NCBI GenBank assembly: GCA_963707935.1
Contig: CAVPRN010000005.1
Coordinates: 1,426,837-1,490,836, forward strand
Direction: 5' to 3'
DNA from: an uncultured Acidobacteriota bacterium
Lineage (GTDB): Bacteria > Acidobacteriota > Thermoanaerobaculia > UBA5066 > Gp7-AA6
DNA: 64,000 nucleotides
Under the pieces are notes generated by a model. That model had not been told where the DNA came from. It saw only the letters and a list, made by a program, of their open reading frames with translations, and did no database searches. The position numbers and the translations under genes were made by a program. Below, piece after piece: positions 7,909-17,484 of the stretch. How positions within the stretch are numbered: the first letter of the stretch is position 1; every line of letters begins with the position of its first letter.

Positions 7909-10196
7909 CAGAGACCTCCTCGCCTGCGCGCGAGTGCCGCCGCAACGAGCGCCTGACCGATCGCGAGGCCCCCGTCGCCGGGAGGCACTTCGCCGTGGAG
8001 GAGAACCCGGAAATCGGGAGACAGCTCGGAGGAGACCCGCTCGGCGAGCAGGGCGTTCTGAAAGCATCCGCCCGTCAGGACCACCGGGAGCGCTCCCTGC
8101 CGCTCGGCGCAGAGGCGGACGAGCCGCGCGGTCGCGTCGGCGACGGTGTTGTGAAAGCGGCCGGAGATCGCCGCGGGCGAGGCTCCGGACACGAACGCTT
8201 CGACGGCGGCGCGCAGAGCGGGGCGCAGGTCGAGCGTCGCGATGTCGCCGGTCTCGACTTCGAAGGGGAAGCGGCCCGCCTCCGTCTCGTCCGCCGCCGC
8301 GTTCCACTCGAGCGCGACCTGCCCCTCGTATCGCGACTCGGGCCGGTTCAGAAAGAGCGCCCCGAAAGCGTCGAAGTAGCGGCCGACCCCGCGGGCGAGA
8401 GGCGCCCCGACGCCGCTCGGAACGAGCCTTCGGACCGCCGCGACGCGGTCCGGGGCGATCGCGCGGAAGAGGGGAAAGGCCTCCAGAGGCGGAGCGCCTT
8501 CGTATGCGTCGTCGAGCAGCGAAAGCGCGATGCGCCAGACCTCCCGGATCGCCGTCTCTCCCCCCGGCAGCACGATCGGGCGCCACGTCGCGAGCCGCTC
8601 GAAGCCACTCCGGGCGCGCGAGCAGGATCTCGCCTCCCCAGGACGTGCCGTCGGTCCCGTAGCCGGTGCCGTCGTAGGCCACACCGAGCACCGGGCTCTC
8701 CAGGCCGTGCTCGGCCATCGCGCTCGCGACGTGGGCGTGGTGGTGCTGCACGCCGACAGCGGCGACCCCCGTCCGGCGGCGCGCGTACAGCGTCGAGGCG
8801 TACCGCGGATGGAGGTCGTGCGCCACGATCTCGGGGCGGATCCCGACGAAGCGCTCCAGCCTCGAGACGGCCTCCTCGAACGCCTCGACCGTCTCCAGAC
8901 TCTCGAGGTCCCCGATGTGCGGGCCCGGATAGAGAGCGTCGCCCGCCGCGAGGCAGAAGGTGTTCTTCAGGTGCCCGCCGCAGGCGAGAACCGGTCTCTC
9001 GAAGGGACTCGGCGCGGGGAGGGCGCGCGGCACGTAACCGCGCGATCGGCGAAGCACCGTCGGTCTTCCGGCGATCACGCGAGCGACCGAATCGTCGCAG
9101 GGCGACTCGATCTCCCGGTCGTGCGTCAGGAAGATGTCGGCGATGGCACCGAGCTTCTCGAGCGCCCGCGCGTTGTCGTGCGCGATCGGATCGCCGGCGA
9201 GGTTGCCGGAGGTCATGACCAACGGGCGGTCCGTCTCCGAAAGCAGCAGGTGGTGGAGCGGGGTGTACGGCAGCAGCAGGCCGATCCACGGGTTGCGCGG
9301 GGCGACCGGCTCGGCGATCCCGCCGCCCGTCGCGCCGAAGCGCGAGGACGATGGGGCGCTCGATCGAGGTCAGCAGGCGCTCCTCCTCCGGGGAGAGGCG
9401 AGCGACTCGACGAGCGGCCTCGAGGTCCTTCACCATGACGGCGAAGGGCTTCTCCTCCCGCCTCTTGCGGTCGCGAAGGCGCCGGACCGCGAGATCCGAG
9501 GCGGCATCGCAGGCCAGGTGGAAGCCGCCGAGCCCCTTGACGGCGACGAGGAGTCCGGCTTCCAGGGCGCGCGCCGCCTGCCGGATGGGGTCTTCCCAGC
9601 CGAGGTTCTGGCCGTCCGGTCCGACCGCGGAGAGAACCGGCCCGCAGGCCGGGCAGGCGTTGGGCTGCGCGTGAAAGCGCCGGTCGCCCGGGTCCTCGTA
9701 CTCGCGCCGGCAAGCGGCGCACATCCGGAACGGGGCCATCGTCGTCGCGGCCCGGTCGTACGGCACGTCGCGCGCGATCGTGAAGCGCGGGCCGCAGTTG
9801 GTGCAGTTGGTGAAGGGATAGCGGTAGCGCCGGTCTCGCGGGTCGAAGACCTCGGACAGGCAGTCGGCGCACGTCGGAAGGTCCGGCGGGAATCGAGACC
9901 CGCCGCTCTCCCGTCTCCCGGCTCTCGACGATCACGAATTCGGAGGCGGGCTCCGCCGGTATCGGCGTCCAGTCGAGCTCCCGGATCCGGGCCGCCGGAG
10001 GAGAATCCGCGGCGAGCGAGGCGAGGAAGGCTTCGATCGCCGACGCGTCGCCGAAGGCCTCGATGGTGACGCCGCGGCTGTGGTTGGACACGCGCCCGGC
10101 AAGGCCGCTCTCGCGCGCGAGCCGGTAGATCCAGGGACGGAAGCCGACTCCCTGCACCGTTCCCCGCACCTCGATGCGCCGCCCGGTCCGGGTCAT
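7908..10196 (-). pseudogene. hypF: carbamoyltransferase HypF; 3 frame breaks (about 9895, 9340 and 8615)
   Basis: Acylphosphatase-like domain: RIEVRGTVQGVGFRPWIYRLA. Zn fingers: CAACRREYEDPGDRRFHAQPNACPACGP. YrdC-like domain: LLVAVKGLGGFHLACDA. LVMTSGNLAGDPI follows. C-terminal Kae1-like domain: VGVQHHHAHVAS..VVLTGGCFQN. Confidence 0.9.
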
Positions 10197-10603
10197 TTGC
10201 CTTCCGGAGCCACCGACCGGAGATAGGCGACGAGATCCCAGGACTGCTCTTCGTCGAGCGCTTTCCAGGAAGCCATCGACGTGCCGCTCAGTCCTTCCCG
10301 GATCACGAAGAACATGCGCTGCGGCGAGCTCTTCTCCCGCGCGGTCGGGTCGGTGAAGTCGCGCGGTGGAGTCGAGAGCCCCTCTCGCCGCACGCCCCGG
10401 CCGTCCGCCCGGACTCCATGGCAGAGGGCGCAGTGCTCCAGGAAGAGGCGGTGCCCCCTCTCGCGCGCGCTCGCCGAGGCGAGCCTCTCCACGGGCACGC
10501 GCAGGCTGCGGTAGGGAGGGGGCAGATCCCCCTCGCCCCTACAGCCCGAGAGCCCGAGCGCCATCAGCAACGCGAATGCCGTCCGGACGTCGCGGTTTCT
10601 CAC
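10193..10603 (-). CDS. monoheme c-type cytochrome, probable lipoprotein
   Basis: 136 aa. Signal plus lipobox ALLMALGLSGC and a single CALCH heme motif. Its stop overlaps the hypF ATG (ATGA). Confidence 0.8.
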   Translation of the reverse strand: MRNRDVRTAFALLMALGLSGCRGEGDLPPPYRSLRVPVERLASASARERGHRLFLEHCALCHGVRADGRGVRREGLSTPPRDFTDPTAREKSSPQRMFFVIREGLSGTSMASWKALDEEQSWDLVAYLRSVAPEGK

Positions 10604-11084
10604 GGTGCGTGAACTCGAAGCCGAGTCGGGCGGCTTCGGCGACCACCCGCTCGACCAATCCCGTCAGGTTTGCTTCCACACTCGGCGAGCGCTCCAGGCC
10701 GAGCTCGATCGATCCGGGCACGAGGCCGAGGAGCACGACGCTCTTCGGGTAGCGCTCCAGCCAGTGGGCGGCGTCGAGCAGATCCGCCACACCGACCTGG
10801 TGCGGCGAGAGGCGGGCGGCCACGGCGGGCGCGACCTCGTGCCCCTCCAGGCGCACGAAGGAACCGACCGGGGCTTCGTCCCGGATGGCGTCCACCAGGA
10901 TCACCCGGTCGGCCACCTCCACTTCCGGCAGAAGCGCCAGGCCGAGAGTCCCGCCGTCGAGCACCCGCGCCCCTTCGGGCGTCTCGTAGAGCGCGCCGAG
11001 CAGCTCCACCGCGGCGACCCCGGTCCCGTCGTCTCCGCAGATCGGATTGCCGAGCCCGAGGACGAGAAGCGGAGTCCTACGCAT
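10539..11084 (-). CDS. hupD: [NiFe]-hydrogenase maturation endopeptidase (HyaD/HupD family)
   Basis: MRRTPLLVLGLGNPICGDDGTGV...VILVDA...LSPHQVGVADLL. The 3' end overlaps the cytochrome c start by about 65 nt, so the exact stop is uncertain. Confidence 0.88.
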   Translation of the reverse strand: MRRTPLLVLGLGNPICGDDGTGVAAVELLGALYETPEGARVLDGGTLGLALLPEVEVADRVILVDAIRDEAPVGSFVRLEGHEVAPAVAARLSPHQVGVADLLDAAHWLERYPKSVVLLGLVPGSIELGLERSPSVEANLTGLVERVVAEAARLGFEFTHREKPRRPDGIRVADGARALGL

Positions 11085-11820
11085 GGTGATGCTTTCGCGT
11101 GGCGTGATCGGCGTTCGACTCCCGGAGCAGGTCCGAGGGGATGAACTTGTAGCCGGAGAAGATCGACTCGACCGTCGCGTTCTGCTCGATCTGCGACATG
11201 AGCACGCCGCTGTAGACGTGGTGCACGGTGAAGCCGAGCAGCAGCCACATCACGACGTGGTGAATCCAGCGGGCGCTCTGCGCCCCCCCGAAGAGGGGCA
11301 GCAGAAAGGAGAAGAGGCGGAAGGGGGAATGGACGCTGGCGCTGACGGCGTAGAGGGCGAGCCCCGTGCCGATCATCACGAAGTAGAGGAAGAAGACGGC
11401 CGTGTACGCCATGCCGGCGAGCGGGTTGTGCGCGATGAATCCGGGCGGCTTTCGAAGCGCGAAGAGGTAGAAGCCGAGCGTTCGGCCGAGGCCGCGTCGG
11501 TGGCGGGGCGTGACGGGGATGAAGCTCTCCCAGCGCGCGTACTGGTTGCCGGCGAACATCCAGGCCACCCGCGCGCAGACGGAGAGCCCGAACACGATGG
11601 CGGCGTAGAAATGGACCACCTTCATCGTCCCCATGACGAAGTGGAATCGCGCCTCCCCCGGGACGATGAGGAACGGGCGCCCGATGTAGATGCCCGTCAC
11701 CGACAGGACGGCGATCGAGAGGGCGATCAGCCAGTGTGTGAGGCGCACCGGCACCTCCCAGACGTAGACGCGCGTGCGCCAGCCGCGGGCCGGCGTCACG
11801 GCGGATGCCGCGGCGCTCAT
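11077..11820 (-). CDS. hupC: Ni/Fe-hydrogenase b-type cytochrome subunit (HyaC/HupC-like)
   Basis: 247 aa. Four predicted TM helices with conserved His: VRLTHWLIALS, KVVHFYAAIVF, FIAHNPLAG, WIHHVVMWLLLGFTVHHVY. The ATG at 11820 overlaps the large-subunit stop. Confidence 0.88.
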   Translation of the reverse strand: MSAAASAVTPARGWRTRVYVWEVPVRLTHWLIALSIAVLSVTGIYIGRPFLIVPGEARFHFVMGTMKVVHFYAAIVFGLSVCARVAWMFAGNQYARWESFIPVTPRHRRGLGRTLGFYLFALRKPPGFIAHNPLAGMAYTAVFFLYFVMIGTGLALYAVSASVHSPFRLFSFLLPLFGGAQSARWIHHVVMWLLLGFTVHHVYSGVLMSQIEQNATVESIFSGYKFIPSDLLRESNADHATRKHHHA

Positions 11821-13524
11821 ACGGCCTGGACGCGCGCGAGCTCGCGCCGCTTCGCGTCCACCACGTGGACCCCGCAGGCCATGCAGGGGTCGAAGGAGTG
11901 CACGGTCCGCAGGATCTCGACCGGCTTCTCCGGGTCGGCCACCGGCGTGCCGAGCAGCGCCTGCTCGTACGGGCCCCGGTTGCCCTTCGCGTCGCGCGGC
12001 CCCGCGTTCCAGGTGCTCGGCACGACGCACTGGTAGTTGGCGATCGTGCCGTCCTTGATGTGGACCCAGTGGCCGAGCGCCCCGCGCGGCGCCTCGTGGA
12101 AGCCGGCCCCGGTCGCGTCCCGGGGCCAGGTGCTCGGCTCCCATTTGGAGTTGTCGTGGATCCGCAGCTCGCGGCGGCCCATGTTCTGGGCGAGCTCCGT
12201 GAGCCAGTCCCCCATCTTCTCCGCCAGGACCTGCGTCTCGATTCCCCGAGCCGCCACGCGGCCGAGCGTCGAGAAGAGCGCCTCGGCTCCGACGCCGAGC
12301 TTCCCGAGAACGGCTCCGACGAGCTCTTTCACCCGCTCGTGCCCGGAGGCGTAGGCGACGAGCATCCGCGAGAGCGGCCCGACTTCCATCGGCAGGCCGT
12401 CGTAGCGCGGGGACTTCAACCAGCTGTACTTGCCCGCCGTGTCCAGCCGCTCGTACGGGGGCTTGGGTCCCGTGTACTTCGGCTTCGTCTCCCCGTCGAA
12501 GGGGTGTAGGGCCTGCGCGTCGCCGCCGGCGTACTCGTACCAGGAGTGCGTCACCTGCTCGGTGATCTTCGTCGGGTCGAAGGGCTCGACCTTCGAGAGA
12601 TCGCGGCCGCGCAGCACGCCCGACGGAAGGAAGAGCTTCGGGTTGACCCGATCCTCCTCGGGGTACTCTCCATAGACGAGATAGTTGCCGACTCCCTGGC
12701 CATAGCCCGCCCAATCCTTGTAGAAGGAGGCGATCGCGAGCAGATCCGGAACGTAGACCTTCTCGACGAAGTCGCGCGCCTTCGCGATCTGCCCCTGCAT
12801 CTCGGCGATCGATCCGGCGTTCAAAGACGCCTGACGGTCGGGATCGATCGGGGTCGCCATGCCGCCCACGAGGAAGCTCTGCAGGTGCGGGTTCTTGCCC
12901 CCGAGCACCGCGTGGATCTTGATGAACTCGCGCTGCCACTCGAGCGCCTCGAGGTAGTGCGCCACCGCGAGCAGGTTCGCCTCGGGCGGCAGCTTGTAGG
13001 CCGGGTGGCCCCAGTAGGCGTTGGCGAAGGGGCCGAGCTGTCCCCGCGTCGACGAATCCCTTGACCCGGTCGCGCACGCCCGCGAAGTACTTCTCCGAGG
13101 AGAGCGGCCAGTCGGAGATCGACTGCGCCAGCGCCGAGGTCTTACCGGGGTCGGCCGACAGGGCGGAGACGATGTCCACCCAGTCGAGGGCGTGCAGATG
13201 GTAGAAGTGGATGACGTGATCCTGCACGCACTGCGAGGCGATGATCAGGTTGCGCAGCAGGCGCGCGTTCGGAGGGGGCGAGGCGCCGATCGCGTTCTCG
13301 ACCGCGCGGATGGACGCGATCGCGTGGACCGTCGTGCAGACGCCGCAGATGCGCTGCGTGAAGGCCCAGGCGTCGCGCGGATCTCTTCCCTTCAGGATCA
13401 GCTCGATGCCGCGGAACATCGTCGAGGAGGACCATGCGTCCTGGACCTTCCCCCCGTCGACCTCCGCCTCGATGCGCAGGTGACCTTCGATCCGGGTCAC
13501 GGGATCGACGACGACGTGCGTCAT
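11817..13524 (-). pseudogene. hupL: [NiFe]-hydrogenase large subunit (group 1, HupL/HyaB-like); one frame break near 13041
   Basis: N-terminal RIEGHLRIE and RICGVCTTVH, and C-terminal HSFDPCMACGVH, provide the Ni-Fe ligands. The junction reads VKGFVDAG | QLGPFANAYWGHPAYKLPPEANLLAVAHYLEALEW and looks like a single extra base. The length is 1708 nt. Confidence 0.92.
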
Positions 13525-14636
13525 GGCCGTTCTCCTTTCTCCGGCTCATCGCTCTTCGCGTCGTCCCCCTCCTTCGAGGCGAGGCGCTTCGCCATGGAAA
13601 TCAGGCCGTGCGCCGCGAAGGCAGCGCCCACGCCGACGGTGGCCCAGAGGCCCACCCGGTCGACGGGAGTGGCGACGTTGAAGCCGGGAATCCCCGAGAG
13701 GTGCCGGTAGAAGGGGGTCATCTTGTCCCAGAAGTCCGGCTCCGCGCACCCGATGCACGGGTGGCCGCAGCCGATCGGCCAGTTGGTTCCGCCGTTCCAC
13801 CGGACGTTGGGACAGTTCTGGAAGGTGACCGGACCCTTGCACCCCATCTTGTAGAGGCAGTAGCCGGTCCGGTGCCCTTCGTCGCCCCAGGCCTCCACGT
13901 ACTGTCCCGCGTCGTAGTGCGCGCGGCGCTCGCAGTTGTCGTGGATCGACTTGCCGTAGGCGAAGAGCGGCCGGCGGTAGTGGTCGAGCGGCGGCCAGCT
14001 CCCGAATGTCAGGAAGTAGACGATCAGAGCCGTCAGGTTCTCGACGTTGGCCGGGCAGGCCGAGAGGTTGATGAGGTTCTTGACGCCGGGCACGGCGTCC
14101 GCGACGCCGAGAGCGCCGGTGGGATTGGGGGACGCGGCGGGGATGCCGCCGAAGGCCGCGCAGGTCCCGATCGCGATCGTCGCCATCGCGTTGCCGCAGA
14201 CCTCGCGTGCGATCTCGAGCGCCGATCGTCCGCCGACCGTGCAGTAGGCGCCGTTCTCGCCCGTGGGGATCGATCCCTCGACGACGGCGAGGTACTTGCC
14301 CGAGCGCTCCCGGACCGTTTTCGCGAGGGCCTCCTCGGCCTGGTGCCCGGCGGCCGCCATGATCGTCTCGTGGTAGTCGACCGACAGCGTGTCGAGGATC
14401 ACCTCGGCCGCGGTCGGACGCGTCGCCCGCAGGAACGACTCGGTGTTTCCCGCGCAGTCCTGGAACTCCAGCCAGACGAGGACCGGTTTCTCGGTCGTCG
14501 CGATCGCCCTCGCGATCTTGACGCCGAAGCTGCGCGGCAACGCGAGGGCCGAGGCCATCACGCTGCAGAAGCCGACGAACTCGCGCCGCGACACGCCGCG
14601 ATCCTCGAGCTCGTCCAGGAAAGAGCGCTCGATCAT
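13521..14636 (-). CDS. hupS: [NiFe]-hydrogenase small subunit with Tat signal (group 1)
   Basis: 371 aa. Tat motif SRREFVGF. FeS ligand motifs GTCAAFGG, LSACP, HDNCERR, GYCLYKMGCKGP and CPNVRWN..GCGHPCIGC. A C-terminal TM anchor is present. The first motif reads DCAGNTES rather than the usual C-x-G-C. Confidence 0.93.
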   Translation of the reverse strand: MIERSFLDELEDRGVSRREFVGFCSVMASALALPRSFGVKIARAIATTEKPVLVWLEFQDCAGNTESFLRATRPTAAEVILDTLSVDYHETIMAAAGHQAEEALAKTVRERSGKYLAVVEGSIPTGENGAYCTVGGRSALEIAREVCGNAMATIAIGTCAAFGGIPAASPNPTGALGVADAVPGVKNLINLSACPANVENLTALIVYFLTFGSWPPLDHYRRPLFAYGKSIHDNCERRAHYDAGQYVEAWGDEGHRTGYCLYKMGCKGPVTFQNCPNVRWNGGTNWPIGCGHPCIGCAEPDFWDKMTPFYRHLSGIPGFNVATPVDRVGLWATVGVGAAFAAHGLISMAKRLASKEGDDAKSDEPEKGERP

Positions 14637-14690
14637 GGCCTCCTCCTCTCGCGAGAAGAAATGCTCGCCGACGTCGATCGGCGATTCCGC

Positions 14691-15173
14691 CTAGCGCGCC
14701 GCGAGCAAGTCGTTCTCATTCATCCCGCCGCATCCATCCCGAGAGAACTGGCGGCCGCAGCCGCCCGGTTGGTCGCACGCCTTGCCCGAGAAGCCCGCGG
14801 GGTTCACGAAAGCGAGCCAGCTCCGCACCGTCTTTTCCAGGACGGCCGCGTCCGCTCCCTCGCGCGCGATCAGGAAGTTGGAAAGCCCCCAGACCGTCTT
14901 GGCGAGATTGCAGGGGCAGCAGCAGGTTTTCGCCGAGAACTTCGCGCAGCAGGCGGCCGGAGTCCGCTCGAGCACGCGATCCCGCAGGCTCTGCTGCGCC
15001 GGATCGAGCGTGATCGAGTGCGTGTACCCGATGAACTCTGCCGACTGCCGGGGGACGTCGAAGAAGCGGCGGGCCGGAGACGAGCCCGACCGGTCCATCG
15101 GCAGCGCCGATCCGGCGAAGACGACGAGGAGCAGGGCGGCCAGGCGCGGCGCGGGGATCGGCGAGGCTCGCAT
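14691..15173 (-). CDS. secreted Cys-rich hypothetical protein (CCCPC motif), first gene of the hydrogenase operon
   Basis: Signal peptide MRASPIPAPRLAALLLVVFAGSALP. Cys clusters AACCAKFSAKTCCCPCN and KACDQPGGCGRQFSRDGCGG. An alternative GTG start lies at 15221. Confidence 0.6.
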   Translation of the reverse strand: MRASPIPAPRLAALLLVVFAGSALPMDRSGSSPARRFFDVPRQSAEFIGYTHSITLDPAQQSLRDRVLERTPAACCAKFSAKTCCCPCNLAKTVWGLSNFLIAREGADAAVLEKTVRSWLAFVNPAGFSGKACDQPGGCGRQFSRDGCGGMNENDLLAAR

Positions 15174-15247
15174 GGGACGGAGCGTAAGAGGCAGTCCTCG
15201 GGCGAGGCCTGATGCGAACACACCGGAAGGCGGCGAGCTCCAAAAAA

Positions 15248-15263
15248 TGATGCCAATTCATCA
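15248..15263. promoter_or_regulatory. class A palindrome site (TGATGCCAATTCATCA)
   Basis: Perfect TGATG-N6-CATCA. It sits in the gap between the hydrogenase operon (minus strand) and ORF 15309 (plus strand). Confidence 0.6.
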
Positions 15264-15308
15264 GACCCGCGCCGAAGACGGCCGGGAGAGAATTCGGGGC
15301 GGCGGAGA

Positions 15309-15554
15309 ATGGCCGATACCCTAGAACTGACGGCGGCGCTCCTCCACCGGAGGTGGCGGCGGGCGGTCGACCTGCTGTGGCGGGAGACCGTGCGGTGCCG
15401 CGATGCCGGCCTCGCGGAGTGGGAACGGATTCGGTCCGTGCGCCGGCGCCGCAGCCTCCAGAAGATCGTCCGGCGCGCTCTGTCGGACTACCATCGCATC
15501 GAGCTCGAGCGCCAGCGCCAACCGCCGCAGCGGTCCCTCCCCGGAGAGAGCTAG
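15309..15554 (+). CDS. small basic hypothetical protein (81 aa)
   Basis: Support is ORF-only. The third-position GC bias looks coding. There is no recognisable domain and the RBS spacing is weak. Confidence 0.3.
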   Translation: MADTLELTAALLHRRWRRAVDLLWRETVRCRDAGLAEWERIRSVRRRRSLQKIVRRALSDYHRIELERQRQPPQRSLPGES

Positions 15555-15574
15555 CCCTCTTTCCTCGATCCTCC

Positions 15575-15588
15575 ATGACGCCCGTCAT
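15575..15588. promoter_or_regulatory. class B box ATGACGCCCGTCAT (FNR/Dnr-geometry palindrome)
   Basis: Perfect 5-N4-5 inverted repeat with TGA-N6-TCA geometry. Its centre is about 34 nt upstream of the ATG at 15615 and about 43 nt upstream of the ATG at 15624. Confidence 0.55.
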
Positions 15589-15614
15589 GGAACCCCGCCC
15601 CGGCGCGCGTTCCA

Positions 15615-17402
15615 ATGGCGTCCATGGAAAGAAGAATCGACCCGAAGCTCCTGGTCCGGGAGCTCGTCTCCCGGCACGCCCACGCGGGAGCGGTCCTCGC
15701 CTTCCACGGCCTCGACTCCTGCTGCGGCGGCGACCACTCGCTGGAGGAGGCCTGCGCGGCGCGCCGAGTGCCGCTCGCAAAGGTGCTCCACGAACTCGAA
15801 TCGGCGGGCGGCGAAAAGCGCGGCGAAGCGCTCGTTGCGCCGAGCATCTCGATCCGCGATCTGCGGCGCCGTTTCCCCTCCACGATTCCGGTTCTCGAGC
15901 GCCACGGTGTCGGCGACTGCGGCGGAGAGGAAGGGCCGGACGAGCCTCTCGCCTGGTTCGCGACCATTCACCGTCTTCCCTTAGACGAGCTCCTGCGGGA
16001 GGTTCGAGAGGCCGCGGCGAAGAGCGGCCCGCCCGCGGGGCTGGCCTCCCCTCCGGCCTCGCGCGCCTCGCTTCCGTTTGCGCCGCACTTCCTGCTGGGC
16101 TCGCTGCTGCTCACGTTGACTCTGGGAGCCACGACCGGGATGGTGAACCTGCTTCGGATCGCGGCCGGCGCGGACGTGCCGATCTCCCATCGCCAGATCC
16201 ACGGCCACACGCAGGTTCTCGGGTTCGCCACGCTCTTCCTGATGGGAATCGCCTTTCACGCGCTGCCGCGAATCCTGGGGATCGGAGCCGAGCGCTCGCC
16301 CATGGCCCTGCCCGCCTTCTGGCTGATGTTCTCGGGAGTCCTCCTGCGAAATCTCGGACAGCCCTGGAACGTCTCGCCGGCCGGCCGGCTCGCGAGCCTG
16401 GCGTCGGCCGGACTCGAAGGCGCCGCAGCCCTGCTCTTCTCGCGATTCGTCTTCTCGGCGCTCGCGCGCGCCCGCATGGGCAAGTACGGTCCGCGCGACC
16501 CGATGCTTCGATTCATCCGTCTGGGAACGATCTGCCTGCTCGCGGCGATGGCCGTCAACGCCGCCCAGGGAATCTGGCTCGCCGGGCATCTGGAGACGGC
16601 GCTGCCGGTCGGGCTGACCGAGCCGTTCTATTTCGCGTCGCTCTACGGCTTTCTGCTCGCCTGGATCTACGGCTTCGGAAACCGCGTGGTCTCTCTCTTC
16701 CTCGGAGTGGGACCGGCCCGGCGCGGCTCCCCCGAGGCCGCCTTCGCCGCGCAGGCCGGCGGGGTCGTTCTTGCCCTCCTCTCCTACCTCCCCGGCCTCG
16801 ACCTGCCCGCCGCGCTCGCTCTGCGCGACGCGGGTCTGGCGCTCGCGGCGATCTCGGCCCTGGCGTTCCTCGCCGGCCACGGGTTCCTCTGGCGCCGATC
16901 GGAGCTCCCCGCTCTGAAGGCGGCGGGCTCCCCTTCGGCGGCGATCCGCGCGGCGTTTGCCTGCCTCGGCCTCTGGGCCCTCCTCGAGCTCGCCGCCGTC
17001 GCGCTCTCGCGCGCCACGAGGCTCCCGGCCCAAAACCTCTGGTGGTCCGACGCGGCCCGGCACGTCTTCTCCGTCGGGTTCCTGACGCTCCTGATCGTCG
17101 GGATGAGCTTCCGGATCCTGCCGGTGTTCTCGGGAAAGACCCTCTGGTCGCCGCGGCTTGCCCGCGCGACCTACGGCCTCCTGCTCGCCGGCACGGCGAT
17201 GAGACTGCTTCAGTACCCCGCCGCGTTTCAGCCGGTTTTCTACGCGATCGGCTCGTACATGGGCGTCCCGGTCGTCCTCGCCCTGCTTCTCTTCGTCTTC
17301 AATCTTCTGAAGACGATGCGAAGCGGCGGGGAGCGGAGGCCCTCGCCGGTGTTCGCGTCCCCGTCCCCCCCGCCCTTCGTCTCGACACTTCCGGTCCGTT
17401 AG
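15615..17402 (+). CDS. nnrS: fusion protein: two ScdA_N/DUF542-like domains plus an NnrS-family membrane protein
   Basis: N-terminal VLAFHGLDSCCGGDHSLEEACAARRVPLAKVLHELE and a second copy (VLERHGVGDCGGEE...LPLDELLREV). About 12 TM helices with NnrS-like His follow (HRQIHGHTQVLGF, FHALPRI). Confidence 0.75.
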   Translation: MASMERRIDPKLLVRELVSRHAHAGAVLAFHGLDSCCGGDHSLEEACAARRVPLAKVLHELESAGGEKRGEALVAPSISIRDLRRRFPSTIPVLERHGVGDCGGEEGPDEPLAWFATIHRLPLDELLREVREAAAKSGPPAGLASPPASRASLPFAPHFLLGSLLLTLTLGATTGMVNLLRIAAGADVPISHRQIHGHTQVLGFATLFLMGIAFHALPRILGIGAERSPMALPAFWLMFSGVLLRNLGQPWNVSPAGRLASLASAGLEGAAALLFSRFVFSALARARMGKYGPRDPMLRFIRLGTICLLAAMAVNAAQGIWLAGHLETALPVGLTEPFYFASLYGFLLAWIYGFGNRVVSLFLGVGPARRGSPEAAFAAQAGGVVLALLSYLPGLDLPAALALRDAGLALAAISALAFLAGHGFLWRRSELPALKAAGSPSAAIRAAFACLGLWALLELAAVALSRATRLPAQNLWWSDAARHVFSVGFLTLLIVGMSFRILPVFSGKTLWSPRLARATYGLLLAGTAMRLLQYPAAFQPVFYAIGSYMGVPVVLALLLFVFNLLKTMRSGGERRPSPVFASPSPPPFVSTLPVR

Positions 17403-17484
17403 GAGCTTTCCGAGGGCGGCACCTCGCGGCGCGGTCGGTTTCCGATTTACGGGGAGCGGGAAACCTCTTACGATCTCTACCCTG

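Noticed and set aside
11077-13524. An 815-aa ORF suggests a fused hydrogenase large subunit and cytochrome b.
   Set aside because: The middle roughly 400 aa are out-of-frame junk. The true large-subunit C-terminus (DPCMACGVH) is in the frame of 11817..12965, and the cytochrome b has its own ATG at 11820 overlapping that stop.
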